DNA of 60,459 bases, taken from assembly GCA_032718475.1 (NCBI GenBank), contig JAUCBJ010006862.1, positions 1 through 60,459 on the forward strand. Reading direction: 5' to 3'. This DNA is from Nemertoderma westbladi. Taxonomy: Eukaryota > Animalia > Xenacoelomorpha. Shown here piece by piece: positions 1 through 15,600 of the stretch (the first letter of the stretch is position 1; every line of letters begins with the position of its first letter). The position numbers were made by a program, and so were the translations under genes. Under the pieces are notes generated by a model. It saw nothing but the letters and a program-made list of their open reading frames with translations. It searched no databases and was not told the DNA's origin.

Positions 1-799
1 ATATTTATTATTATGTAAATATATTAATAGTATAAACAGCTATAGCTATATACCATAAATATATTGTTATATCTCATAATTAAAATTTGTTTAATAAATT
101 ATTTTGCATTTTGTAGAAATACTGATATATCTTTTAGCTGTATTTACAAAAGCAAAGAATAAAAAAGGTGCTTAAAAATTGTGATAATTATGCAAATAAA
201 TTTTTTATTTTAATGCAAATACTTACAGTAATATTAACCAAGTATTTTGTTACACAGTTAAATTTAGTTTTCATTCTTTGATAAATTTTTTTGTTGGTTT
301 TAAATAAAATTGAAATATTTTTGGTATTAAACAAGATCCCCAATGTCCCGTCAACACATTGGGTTGACGAGAGGGACATTGTGGCTGATCTCTAATAAGG
401 AATTCTACACCCCCCCCCCCTCCTTACTTTCGGCCTAACAATTAGTAAATTGTGGATTTCAGTTTCCAACAATTCCATTTAAATCGCACACTTATATGAA
501 CAGAACTTCACAGTCTAGTCCAATATTAAAATTGTTTGTGAATTCGAATTGTTTGTGAAACATATATGTTTCATCATAATATGGATTTTTTTACAGCTTT
601 GATATTATACTGACATCGTAGATGTTACTGAAAGATGGCACAGCCGAATTTTATTTAGTATGTATAGGCCCTAGGCAGCAAACGTGTGGTGCTGTATGTT
701 GGTACAGTACATTAATAGTTGTTATGGGTAAAATTAATTATTGCGGAATTTCAGAACAGTAATAATATTAATAATGTTAATAACCTACTGTATTAGCTT

Positions 800-1360
800 T
801 ATGATGTAAGGGAAAGGCATGGGCAGCCTTGAATAGGCTTTCCAGGATTTGGAAGTCACCGAGAATTAATCGGACACTTAAGGTCCGATTATTTAGAGCA
901 GCAGTAGTTCCAGTACTCCTCTACGGGAGTCCATGCTGGGCTCTAACTGCTGAGGACACCAAATCTCTGGATGGCACATTCACAAGAATGCTACGCCGGG
1001 TTCATTGTGTCAAGTACAATGCACACATCTCCAACCAGACACTATATAACATTGGAGGTGTCTCATTGGTTCCCCCAAGCTTGACACTAGAACAAAATCG
1101 CCTCCGCTTTGCAGGACATTGCTTTCGCCGTGAGGACCAGCCAGTGCATAATCTTGTACTTTGGCAGCCTCATGGAGTGAATAAGCATGGTGGACAACCC
1201 ATGACTTTCTTGAGACGCATCTTAAAGGACACTGGACTTGAAGATGCGGATGATCTAGCAAATGTCATGGGTGATAGGGAGTTGTGGCGGTGCAATTTTG
1301 TTGACAAGCCGGCACAGCATTCTTAAAAATGCAGCTGCAATGCAGCATGCCGATTGCCGA
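800..1360 (+). mobile_element. RTE-like LINE 3' fragment
   Basis: LKVRLFRAAVVPVLLYGSPCW...RMLRR...RLRFAGHCFR...DRELWR; same family as 26465-28185. Confidence 0.85.
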
Positions 1361-2395
1361 AATGCAGCATTGTAATAAGGCCCGGCCCCTCAGTCACAGT
1401 CAGTATGTCGCAATGTCGTAATCAATTATAATAACATAATGGCAGTCAGTTTTGCAGGGGAAGGTACCTTTAAGGTAATTATATCGGAATGTGATTTTTA
1501 GATCACTATTCCTCCGCCATTTTTCAACCAATTTGTACGTTTTTGATTTAAAATGAAAGTCTGTGTCGAAAAAAGTCAGAACGTTTTGTGAAAATTCGAA
1601 ATTTATTTTGAAAAATAGCGATATTTTCCATAAAAAGAGCGTTTTCTTTCACGAAAAAAAATTAAATTAAAAATAGTCCATTAGTCCACCCAAAACCGGG
1701 TTCATTGTGTCAAGTACAATGCACACATCTCCAACCAGACACTATATAACATTGGAGGTGTCTCATTGGTTCCCCCAAGCTTGACACTAGAACAAAATCG
1801 CCTCCGCTTTGCAGGACATTGCTTTCGCCGTGAGGACCAGCCAGTGCATAATCTTGTACTTTGGCAGCCTCATGGAGTGAATAAGCATGGTGGACAACCC
1901 ATGACTTTCTTGAGACGCATCTTAAAGGACACTGGACTTGAAGATGCGGATGATCTAGCAAATGTCATGGGTGATAGGGAGTTGTGGCGGTGCAATTTTG
2001 TTGACAAGCCGGCACAGCATTCTTAAAAATGCAGCTGCAATGCAGCATGCCGATTGCCGAAATGCAGCATTGTAATAAGGCCCGGCCCCTCAGTCACAGT
2101 CAGTATGTCGCAATGTCGTAATCAATTATAATAACATAATGGCAGTCAGTTTTGCAGGGGAAGGTACCTTTAAGGTAATTATATCGGAATGTGATTTTTA
2201 GATCACTAATCCTCCGCCATTTTTCAACCAATTTGTACGTTTTTGATTTAAAATGAAAGTCTGTGTCGAAAAAAGTCAGAACGTTTTGTGAAAATTCGAA
2301 ATTTATTTTGAAAAATAGCGATATTGTCCATAAAAAGAGCGTTTTCTTTCACGAAAAAAAATTAAATTAAAAATAGTCCATTAGTCCACCCAAAA
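996..2395. repeat. 700-bp tandem duplication (RTE 3' end plus flank)
   Basis: 996-1695 vs 1696-2395, period 700; two mismatches seen (cactattcc/cactaatcc, attttcca/attgtcca). Confidence 0.95.
1696..2060 (+). mobile_element. RTE-like LINE 3' fragment (duplicated copy)
   Basis: Part of the 700-bp duplication; same translation as the copy upstream. Confidence 0.85.
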
Positions 2396-2701
2396 AGCAT
2401 CTTACATTTTATTTCTACTTATTCGGTTTTTGAACCAGTATGCATTTAAAAATGTTGACCTTGATACAGAACCCAACCCAGTAGCCCCACCCCCCCCCCC
2501 CCCCCCGCCGTTATTATAAGCTCCCATTAGAAACGAGCAGTAACTTTACACAGCATGTTGATTTCCGTTGACTCTCGTTTTTGTAAAAGGCTCTTTTCCT
2601 TTAACTATTATAACGATTTTATTAGGAAAACCCCGTTAATCACTCTTACAAAATAATATAAATAATATTTACTATATTATACGAAAAAATAGTTGACTTA
2701 C

Positions 2702-2878
2702 TGCTATAACAGGCGAATTCCTATTTAAGTAGATCCAGTGGCCTATCGGTACGAACCCACAAGTACACAATGCAATAAAGGTAACGATACGTTGAATAAA
2801 GGAATCAGATCGCAGTTGGAAGAGCAATACGGCTATACATAAACCGGTAAACACTGTAAGGTAGACAGCCTGTTCCTT
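2702..2878 (-). CDS. PAQR3: PAQR3-like, following exon (177 nt; in-frame alternative acceptor starts it at 2944)
   Basis: TATATTTCAG|AAG GAA CAG gives KEQAVYLTVF...GFVPIGHWIYLNRNSPVIA, then GCA|GTAAGT. GxxPxxHW PAQR motif. Later exons not found, probably left of the window. Confidence 0.85.
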
Positions 2879-2954
2879 CTGAAATATAAGCAATACGGCT
2901 ATACATAAACCGGTAAACACTGTAAGGTAGACAGCCTGTTCCTTCTGAAATATA
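2823..2954. repeat. Exact 66-bp tandem duplication spanning a PAQR3 splice acceptor
   Basis: 2823-2888 equals 2889-2954; minus-strand translation IFQKEQAVYLTVFTGLCIAVLL twice. Confidence 0.97.
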
Positions 2955-3504
2955 ATAATGTGTTTTAGTTTAATAATCACTAATAATAATTTATAGTTTA
3001 ATAAATACAACGCAAATTATTCCCAAATACGACAACTCTAAGGGCTTCACACAAATCTCATTTCGGCGAATTAATATTTTGCCTCAATGTTAAATTACAA
3101 ATTTAGGGAAAAAGGGGCAGTTTACAGTGGCACGTTCTAACCAAAACAATAAACGAAACAGGTTGCAGTTTTATTCTTAGGAGTAATCAGCTGTTATTTG
3201 CGTCGATTTTCCCCTGGAGGGGGATGAATTTTGATTGCGTCGAGAGTTCCCCCTTATCTGCTGGTTGAAGAAAGTAGAAAACAAGTTCATCAAACAGACC
3301 TGTTGTCAGGGAAATGGCAAGAACTTCAATCAGTTCAAAGTATTATCCTTTACTTCCTCGAACGCAATAAAATTACAATCGACAAATTATCACTACATGT
3401 ACGTGCTTTATTCTAAATTAATAGCAAGATTCAAGTAATGAAGTGGAATAAAAGCAAATAGTGACGTAGAAAATTATAAAATATTGAAGGCTATATATAC
3501 TAAC

Positions 3505-3657
3505 GCTGTTGCAATAGAATCCATAGTATATCCCGGGGTAGTAACAACCCAATAAGGCGATACAGATACCCGCCGTATCAATATTAATCCACTTTGTATA
3601 GAAAACATCGGAGTGACAATTAAACACATGGAAACCCACAGAGCATATCATACAAAC
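3505..3657 (-). CDS. PAQR3: PAQR3-like, next exon (153 nt, phase 0/0)
   Basis: TTTACAG|GTTTGTATGATATGC gives VCMICSVGFHVFNCHS...IDTAGICIALLGCYYPGIYYGFYCNS, then AGC|GTTAGT. SxxxH/CHS and DxxGI PAQR motifs; continues in frame from ...ICYQ. Confidence 0.9.
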
Positions 3658-6600
3658 CTGTAAATACAAAAAATATATTATCATACAAACCTGTAAATAC
3701 AAAAAATATATTACCATACAAACCTGTAATTACAAAAAAATATTACCATACAAACCTGTAAATACTATAAATATATTACCATACAAACCTGTAAATACTA
3801 AAAATATATTATCATACAAACCTGTAATTACAAAAAAATATTACCATACAAACCTGTAAATACTATAAATATATTACCATACAAACCTGTAAATACAATA
3901 AATATATTATCATACAAACCTGTAAATACTAAAAATATATTATCATACAAACCTGTAAATACAAAAAATATATTATCATACAAACCTGTAAATACAAAAA
4001 ATATATTATCATACAAACCTGTAAATACAAAAAATATATTACCATACAAACCTGTAAATACAAAAAATATATTATCATACAAACCTGTAAATACAAAAAA
4101 TATATTACCATACAAACCTGTAAATACAATAAATATATTATCATACATCCTGTAAATACAAAAAATATATTACCATACAAACCTGTAATTACAAAAAATA
4201 TTACCATACAAACCTGTAAATACTATAAATATATTACCATACAAACCTGTAAATACAATAAATATATTATCATACATCCTGTAAATACTAAAAATATATT
4301 ATCATACAAACCTGTAATTACAAAAAAATATTACCATACAAACCTGTAAATACTAAAAATATATTATCATACATCCTGTAAATACTAAAAATATATTATC
4401 ATACAAACCTGTAATTACAAAAAAATATTACCATACAAACCTGTAAATACTAAAAATATATTATCATACATCCTGTAAATACTAAAAATATATTATCATA
4501 CAAACCTGTAATTACAAAAAAATATTACCATACAAACCTGTAAATACTAAAAATATATTATCATACAAACCTGTAAATACAAAAAATATATTATCATACA
4601 AACCTGTAAATACAAAAAATATATTACCATACAAACCTGTAAATACAATAAATATATTATCATACATCCTGTAAATACTAAAAATATATTATCATACAAA
4701 CCTGTAAATACAATAAATATATTATCATACATCCTGTAAATACTAAAAATATATTACCATACAAACCTGTAAATACAATAAATATATTATCATACAAACC
4801 TGTAAATACAAAAAATATATTATCATACAAACCTGTAAATACAAAAAATATATTACCATACAAACCTGTAAATACAATAAATATATTATCATACATCCTG
4901 TAAATACTAAAAATATATTACCATACAAACCTGTAAATACAATAAATATATTATCATACAAACCTGTAAATACAATAAATATATTATCATACATCCTGTA
5001 AATACTAAAAATATATTATCATACAAACCTGTAATTACAAAAAAATATTACCATACAAACCTGTAAATACAAAAAATATATTACCATACAAACCTGTAAA
5101 TACAATAAATATATTATCATACATCCTGTAAATACTAAAAATATATTATCATACAAACCTGTAATTACAAAAAAATATTACCATACAAACCTGTAAATAC
5201 AATAAATATATTATCATACAAACCTGTAAATACAAAAAATATATTATCATACAAACCTGTAAATACAAAAAATATATTACCATACAAACCTGTAAATACA
5301 ATAAATATATTATCATACATCCTGTAAATACTAAAAATATATTACCATACAAACCTGTAAATACAATAAATATATTATCATACAAACCTGTAAATACAAT
5401 AAATATATTATCATACATCCTGTAAATACTAAAAATATATTATCATACAAACCTGTAATTACAAAAAAATATTACCATACAAACCTGTAAATACAAAAAA
5501 TATATTACCATACAAACCTGTAAATACAATAAATATATTATCATACAAACCTGTAAATACAAAAAATATATTATCATACAAACCTGTAAATACAAAAAAT
5601 ATATTACCATACAAACCTGTAAATACAATAAATATATTATCATACATCCTGTAAATACTAAAAATATATTACCATACAAACCTGTAAATACAATAAATAT
5701 ATTATCATACAAACCTGTAAATACAATAAATATATTATCATACATCCTGTAAATACTAAAAATATATTATCATACAAACCTGTAATTACAAAAAAATATT
5801 ACCATACAAACCTGTAAATACTAAAAATATATTATCATACAAACCTGTAAATACTAAAAATATATTATCATACAAACCTGTAAATACAATAAATATATTA
5901 TCATACATCCTGTAAATACTAAAAATATATTACCATACAAACCTGTAAATACAATAAATATATTATCATACAAACCTGTAAATACAAAAAATATATTATC
6001 ATACAAACCTGTAAATACAAAAAATATATTACCATACAAACCTGTAAATACAATAAATATATTATCATACATCCTGTAAATACTAAAAATATATTACCAT
6101 ACAAACCTGTAAATACAATAAATATATTATCATACAAACCTGTAAATACAATAAATATATTATCATACATCCTGTAAATACTAAAAATATATTATCATAC
6201 AAACCTGTAATTACAAAAAAATATTACCATACAAACCTGTAAATACAAAAAATATATTACCATACAAACCTGTAAATACAATAAATATATTATCATACAT
6301 CCTGTAAATACTAAAAATATATTATCATACAAACCTGTAATTACAAAAAAATATTACCATACAAACCTGTAAATACTATAAATATATTACCATACAAACC
6401 TGTAAATACAATAAATATATTATCATACAAACCTGTAAATACTAAAAATATATTATCATACAAACCTGTAAATACAAAAAATATATTATCATACAAACCT
6501 GTAAATACAAAAAATATATTATCATACAAACCTGTAAATACAAAAAATATATTACCATACAAACCTGTAAATACAAAAAATATATTATCATACAAACCTG

Positions 6601-9600
6601 TAAATACAAAAAATATATTACCATACAAACCTGTAATTACAAAAAATATTACCATACAAACCTGTAAATACTATAAATATATTACCATACAAACCTGTAA
6701 ATACAATAAATATATTATCATACATCCTGTAAATACTAAAAATATATTATCATACAAACCTGTAATTACAAAAAAATATTACCATACAAACCTGTAAATA
6801 CTAAAAATATATTATCATACAAACCTGTAAATACAAAAAATATATTATCATACAAACCTGTAAATACAAAAAATATATTACCATACAAACCTGTAAATAC
6901 AAAAAATATATTATCATACAAACCTGTAAATACAAAAAATATATTATCATACAAACCTGTAAATACAAAAAATATATTATCATACAAACCTGTAAATACA
7001 AAAAATATATTACCATACAAACCTGTAATTACAAAAAAATATTACCATACAAACCTGTAAATACTATAAATATATTACCATACAAACCTGTAAATACAAT
7101 AAATATATCATCATACATCCTGTAAATACTAAAAATATATTATCATACAAACCTGTAATTACAAAAAAATATTACCATACAAACCTGTAAATACTAAAAA
7201 TATATTATCATACAAACCTGTAAATACAAAAAAATATTATCATACAAACCTGTAAATACTAAAAATATATTATCATACAAACCTGTAAATACTAAAAATA
7301 TATTATCATACAAACCTGTAAATACAAAAAATATATTACCATACAAACCTGTAAATACTAAAAATATATTACCATACAAACCTGTAAATACAATAAATAT
7401 ATTACCATACAAACCTGTAAATACAAAAAATATATTATCATACATCCTGTAAATACTAAAAATATATTATCATACAAACCTGTAATTATAAAAAAATATT
7501 ATCATACAAACCTGTAAATACTAAAAATATATTATCATAAAAACCTGAAAATACTAAAAATATATTATCATACAAACCTGTAAAGACAAAAAATATATTA
7601 TCATACAAACCTGTAAATATAAAAAATATATTATCATACAAACCCGTAAATATAAAAAATATATTATCATACAAACCTGTAAAGACAAAAAATATATTAT
7701 CATACAAACCTGTAAATACAATAAATATATTATCATACAAACCTGTAAATACTAAAAATATATTATCATATAAACCTGTAAAGACAAAAAATATATTATC
7801 ATACAAATCTGTAAATATAAAAAATATATTATCATACAAACCTGTAAATACAATAAATATATTATCATACAAACCTGTAAATACAATAAATATATTATCA
7901 TACAATCCTGTAAATACTAAAAATATATTATCATACAAACCTGTAAATACAAAAATATATTACCATACAAACCTGTAAATACAATAAATATATTATCATA
8001 CATCCTGTAAATACTAAAAATATATTATCATACAAACCTATAATTACAAAAAAATATTACCATACAAACCTGTAAATACAAAAAATATATTATCATACAA
8101 ACCTGTAAATACAAAAAATATATTATCATACATCATGTAAATACTAAAAATATATTATCATACAAACCTGTAATTACAAAAAAATATTACCATACAAACA
8201 TGTAAATACTAAAAATATATTATCATACAAACCTGTAAATACAAAAAATATATTATCATACAAACCTGTAAATACTAAAAATATATTATCATACAAACCT
8301 GTAAATACAAAAAATATATTATCATAAAAACCTGTAAATACAATAAATATATTATCATACATCCTGTAAATACTAAAAATATATTATCATACAAACCTGT
8401 AAATACAAAAAATATATTATCATACAAACCTGTAAATACAATAAATATATTATCATACATCCTGTAAATACTAAAAATATATTATCATACAAACCTGTAA
8501 ATACAAAAAAATATTATCATACAAACCTGTAAATACAAAAAATATATTATCATAAAAACCTGTAAATACTAAAAATATATTATCATACAAACCTGTAAAT
8601 ACAAAAATATATTACCATACAAACCTTTAAATACAAAAAATATATTATCATACAAACCTGTAAATACAAAAAATATATTATCATACATCCTGTAAATACT
8701 AGAAATATATTATCATACAAACCTGTAATTACAAAAAAATATTACCATACAAACCTGTAAATACTAAAAATATATTATCATACAAACCTGTAAATACAAA
8801 AAATATATTATCATACAAACCTGTAAATACAAAAAAATATTATCATACAAACCTGTAAATACAAAAAATATATTATCATACAAACCTGTAAATACAAAAA
8901 AATATTATCATACAAACCTGTAAATACAAAAAATATATTATCATAAAAACCTGTAAATACTAAAAATATATTATCATACAAACCTGTAAATACAAAAATA
9001 TATTACCATACAAACCTTTAAATACAAAAAATATATTATCATACAAACCTGTAAATACAAAAAATATATTATCATACATCCTGTAAATACTAGAAATATA
9101 TTATCATACAAACCTGTAATTACAAAAATATATTATCATACAAACCTGTAAATACTAAAAATATATTATCATACAAACCTGTAAATACAAAAAATATATT
9201 ATCATACAAACCTGTATATACAATAAATATATTATCATACAAACCTGTAATTACAAAAAAATATTACCATACAAACCTGTAAATACTAAAAATATATTAT
9301 CATACAAACCTGTAAATACAAAAAATATATTATCATACAAACCTGTAAATACAAAAAAATATTATCATACAAACCTGTAAATACAAAAAATATATTATCA
9401 TACAAACCTGTAAATACAAAAAAATATTATCATACAAACCTGTAAATACAAAAAATATATTATCATAAAAACCTGTAAATACTAAAAATATATTATCATA
9501 CAAACCTGTAAATACAAAAATATATTACCATACAAACCTTTAAATACAAAAAATATATTATCATACAAACCTGTAAATACAAAAAATATATTATCATACA

Positions 9601-12600
9601 TCCTGTAAATACTAGAAATATATTATCATACAAACCTGTAATTACAAAAATATATTATCATACAAACCTGTAAATACAAAAAATATATTATCATACAAAC
9701 CTGTAAATACAAAAAAATATTATCATACAAACCTGTAAATACAAAAAATATATTATCATACAAACCTGTAAATACAAAAAAATATTATCATACAAACCTG
9801 TAAATACAAAAAATATATTATCATAAAAACCTGTAAATACTAAAAATATATTATCATACAAACCTGTAAATACAAAAATATATTACCATACAAACCTTTA
9901 AATACAAAAAATATATTATCATACAAACCTGTAAATACAAAAAATATATTATCATACATCCTGTAAATACTAGAAATATATTATCATACAAACCTGTAAT
10001 TACAAAAATATATTATCATACAAACCTGTAAATACTAAAAATATATTATCATACAAACCTGTAAATACAAAAAATATATTATCATACAAACCTGTATATA
10101 CAATAAATATATTATCATACATCCTGTAAATACTAAAAATATATTATCATACAAACCTGTAAATACAACAAAATATTATCATACAAACATGTAAATTAAA
10201 AAAATATATTATCATACAATCCTGGAAATACTAAAAATATATTATCATACAAACCTGTAAATACAAAAAAATATTATCATACAAACCTGTAAATACAAAA
10301 AATATATTATCATACAATCCTGTAAATACTAAAAATATATTATCATACAAACCTGTAAATACAAAAAATATATTATCATAAAAACCTGTAAATACTAAAA
10401 ATATATTATCATACAAACCTGTAAATACAAAAATATATTACCATACAAATCTGTAAATACAAAAAATATATTATCATACAAACCTGTAATTACTAAAAAT
10501 ATATTATCATACAATCCTGTAAATACAAAAAATATATTATCATACAAACCTGTAAATACAAAAAATATATTATCATACAAACCTGTAAATACAAAAATAT
10601 ATTACCATACAAACCTGTAAATACAAAAAATATATTATCATACAAACCTGTAATTACTAAAAATATATTATCATACAAACCTGTAAATACAAAAAATATA
10701 TTATCATACATCCTGTAAATACTAAAGATATATTATCATACAAACCTGTAAATACAATAAATATATTATCATACATCCTGTAAATACAAAAAATATATTA
10801 CCATACAAACCTGTAAATACAATAAATATATTATCATACATCTTGTAAATACTAAAAATATATTATCATACAAACCTGTAATTACAAAAAAATATTACCA
10901 TACAAACCTGTAAATACTAAAAATATATTATCATAAAAACCTGTAAATACTAAAAATATATTATCATACAAACCTGTAAATACAAAAAATATATTATCAT
11001 ACATCCTGTAAATACTAAAGATATATTATCATACAAACCTGTAAATACAATAAATATATTATCATACATCCTGTAAATACAAAAAATATATTACCATACA
11101 AACCTGTAAATACAATAAATATATTATCATACATCTTGTAAATACTAAAAATATATTATCATACAAACCTGTAATTACAAAAAAATATTACCATACAAAC
11201 CTGTAAATACTAAAAATATATTATCATAAAAACCTGTAAATACTAAAAATATATTATCATACAAACCTGTAAATACAAAAAATATATTATCATACATCCT
11301 GTAAATACTAAAGATATATTATCATACAAACCTGTAAATACAATAAATATATTATCATACATCCTGTAAATACAAAAAAATATTACCATACAAACCTGTA
11401 AATACTAAAAATATATTATCATAAAAACCTGTAAATACTAAAAATATATTATCATACAAACCTGTAAATACAAAAAATATATTATCATACATCCTGTAAA
11501 TACTAAAGATATATTATCATACAAACCTGTAAATACAATAAATATATTATCATACATCCTGTAAATACAAAAAATATATTACCATACAAACCTGTAAATA
11601 CAATAAATATATTATCATACATCTTGTAAATACTAAAAATATATTATCATACAAACCTGTAATTACAAAAAAATATTACCATACAAACCTGTAAATACTA
11701 AAAATATATTATCATACATCCTGTAAATACTAAAAATATATTATCATACAAACCTGTAAATACAAAAAATATATTATCATACATCCTGTAAATACAAAAA
11801 ATATATTACCATACAAACCTGTAAATACAATAAATATATTATCATACAAACCTGTAATTACAAAAAAATATTATCATACAAACCTGTAAATACAAAAAAA
11901 TATTACCATACAAACCTGTAAATTAAAAAAATATATTATCATACATCCTGTAAATACTAAAAATATATTACCATACAAACCTGTAAATACAAAAAAATAT
12001 TACCATACAAACCTGTAAATACTAAAAATATATTATCATACATCCTGTAAATACTAAAAATATATTATCATACAAACCTGTAAATACAAAAAATATATTA
12101 TCATACATCCTGTAAATACAAAAAATATATTACCATACAAACCTGTAAATACAATAAATATATTATCATACAAACCTGTAATTACAAAAAAATATTATCA
12201 TACAAACCTGTAATTACAAAAAAATATTACCATACAAACCTGTAAATTAAAAAAATATATTATCATACATCCTGTAAATACTAAAAATATATTATCATAC
12301 AAACCTGTAAATACAAAAAAATATTACCATACAAACCTGTAAATACTATAAATATATTACCATACAAACCTGTAAATACAATAAATATATTATCATACAT
12401 CCTGTAAATACTAAAAATATATTATCATACATCCTGTAAATACAAAAAATATATTACCATACAAACCTGTAAATACAATAAATATATTATCATACAAACC
12501 TGTAATTACAAAAAAATATTATCATACAAACCTGTAATTACAAAAAAATATTACCATACAAACCTGTAAATTAAAAAAATATATTATCATACATCCTGTA

Positions 12601-15600
12601 AATACTAAAAATATATTACCATACAAACCTGTAAATACAAAAAAATATTACCATACAAACCTGTAAATACTAAAAATATATTATCATACATCCTGTAAAT
12701 ACTAAAAATATATTATCATACAAACCTGTAAATACAAAAAATATATTATCATACATCCTGTAAATACAAAAAATATATTACCATACAAACCTGTAAATAC
12801 AATAAATATATTATCATACAAACCTGTAATTACAAAAAAATATTATCATACAAACCTGTAATTACAAAAAAATATTACCATACAAACCTGTAAATTAAAA
12901 AAATATATTATCATACATCCTGTAAATACTAAAAATATATTATCATACAAACCTGTAAATACAAAAAAATATTACCATACAAACCTGTAAATACTATAAA
13001 TATATTACCATACAAACCTGTAAATACAATAAATATATTATCATACATCCTGTAAATACTAAAAAAATATTACCATACAAACCTGTAAATACTATAAATA
13101 TATTACCATACAAACCTGTAAATACAATAAATATATTATCATACATCCTGTAAATACTAAAAATATATTATCATACAAACCTGTAAATACAAAAAATATA
13201 TTACCATACAAACCTGTAATTACAAAAAAATATTACCATACAAACCTGTAAATACTAAAAATATATTATCATACAAACCTGTAAATACAAAAAATATATT
13301 ATCATACAAACCTGTAAATACAAAAAATATATTACCATACAAACCTGTAAATACAAAAAATATATTATCATACAAACCTGTAAATACAAAAAATATATTA
13401 TCATACAAACCTGTAAATACAAAAAATATATTACCATACAAACCTGTAATTACAAAAAAATATTACCATACAAACCTGTAAATACTATAAATATATTACC
13501 ATACAAACCTGTAAATACAATAAATATATCATCATACATCCTGTAAATACTAAAAATATATTATCATACAAACCTGTAATTACAAAAAAATATTACCATA
13601 CAAACCTGTAAATACAAAAAATATATTACCATACAAACCTGTAAATACAAAAAATATATTATCATACATCCTGTAAATACTAAAAATATATTATCATACA
13701 AACCTGTAATTATAAAAAAATATTACCATACAAACCTGTAAATACAAAAAATATATTACCATACAAACCTGTAAATACAAAAAATATATTATCATACATC
13801 CTGTAAATACTAAAAATATATTATCATACAAACCTGTAAATACAAAAAAATATTATCATACAAACCTGTAAATACTAAAAATATATTATCATACAAACCT
13901 GTAAATACTAAAAATATATTATCATACAAACCTGTAAATACAAAAAATATATTACAATACAAACCTGTAAATACTAAAAATATATTACCATACAAACCTG
14001 TAAATACAATAAATATATTACCATACAAACCTGTAAATACAAAAAATATATTACCATACAAACCTGTAAATACAAAAAATATATTATCATACATCCTGTA
14101 AATACTAAAAATATATTATCATACAAACCTGTAAATACAAAAAAATATTATCATACAAACCTGTAAATACTAAAAATATATTATCATACAAACCTGTAAA
14201 TACTAAAAATATATTATCATACAAACCTGTAAATACAAAAAATATATTACAATACAAACCTGTAAATACTAAAAATATATTACCATACAAACCTGTAAAT
14301 ACAATAAATATATTACCATACAAACCTGTAAATACAAAAAATATATTATCATACATCCTGTAAATACTAAAAATATATTATCATACAAACCTGTAATTAT
14401 AAAAAAATATTATCATACAAACCTGTAAATACTAAAAATATATTATCATAAAAACCTGAAAATACTAAAAATATATTATCATACAAACCTGTAAAGACAA
14501 AAAATATATTATCATACAAACCTGTAAATACAAAAAATATATTACCATACAAACCTGTAATTACAAAAAAATATTACCATACAAACCTGTAAATACTATA
14601 AATATATTACCATACAAACCTGTAAATACAATAAATATATTATCATACATCCTGTAAATACTAAAAATATATTATCATACAAACCTATAATTACAAAAAA
14701 ATATTACCATACAAACCTGTAAATACAAAAAATATATTATCATACAAACCTGTAAATACAAAAAATATATTATCATACATCATGTAAATACTAAAAATAT
14801 ATTATCATACAAACCTGTAATTACAAAAAAATATTACCATACAAACATGTAAATACTAAAAATATATTATCATACAAACCTGTAAATACAAAAAATATAT
14901 TATCATACAAACCTGTAAATACTAAAAATATATTATCATACAAACCTGTAAATACAAAAAATATATTATCATAAAAACCTGTAAATACAATAAATATATT
15001 ATCATACATCCTGTAAATACTAAAAATATATTATCATACAAACCTGTAAATACAAAAAATATATTATCATACAAACCTGTAAATACAATAAATATATTAT
15101 CATACATCCTGTAAATACTAAAAATATATTATCATACAAACCTGTAAATACAAAAAAATATTATCATACAAACCTGTAAATACAAAAAATATATTATCAT
15201 AAAAACCTGTAAATACTAAAAATATATTATCATACAAACCTGTAAATACAAAAATATATTACCATACAAACCTTTAAATACAAAAAATATATTATCATAC
15301 AAACCTGTAAATACAAAAAATATATTATCATACAAACCTGTAAATACAAAAAATATATTATCATACAAACCTGTAAATACAAAAAATATATTATCATACA
15401 AACCTGTAAATACAAAAAATATATTATCATACATCCTGTAAATACTAGAAATATATTATCATACAAACCTGTAATTACAAAAAAATATTACCATACAAAC
15501 CTGTAAATACTAAAAATATATTATCATACAAACCTGTAAATACAAAAAATATATTATCATACAAACCTGTATATACAATAAATATATTATCATACATCCT

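Noticed and set aside
2835-2860. Exon sequence GTGTTTACCGGTTTAT (VFTGL) resembles the satellite core GTATTTACAGGTTTGT
   Set aside because: 13 of 16 match in AT-rich DNA; the satellite matches the other exon's junction exactly, so this is probably chance.
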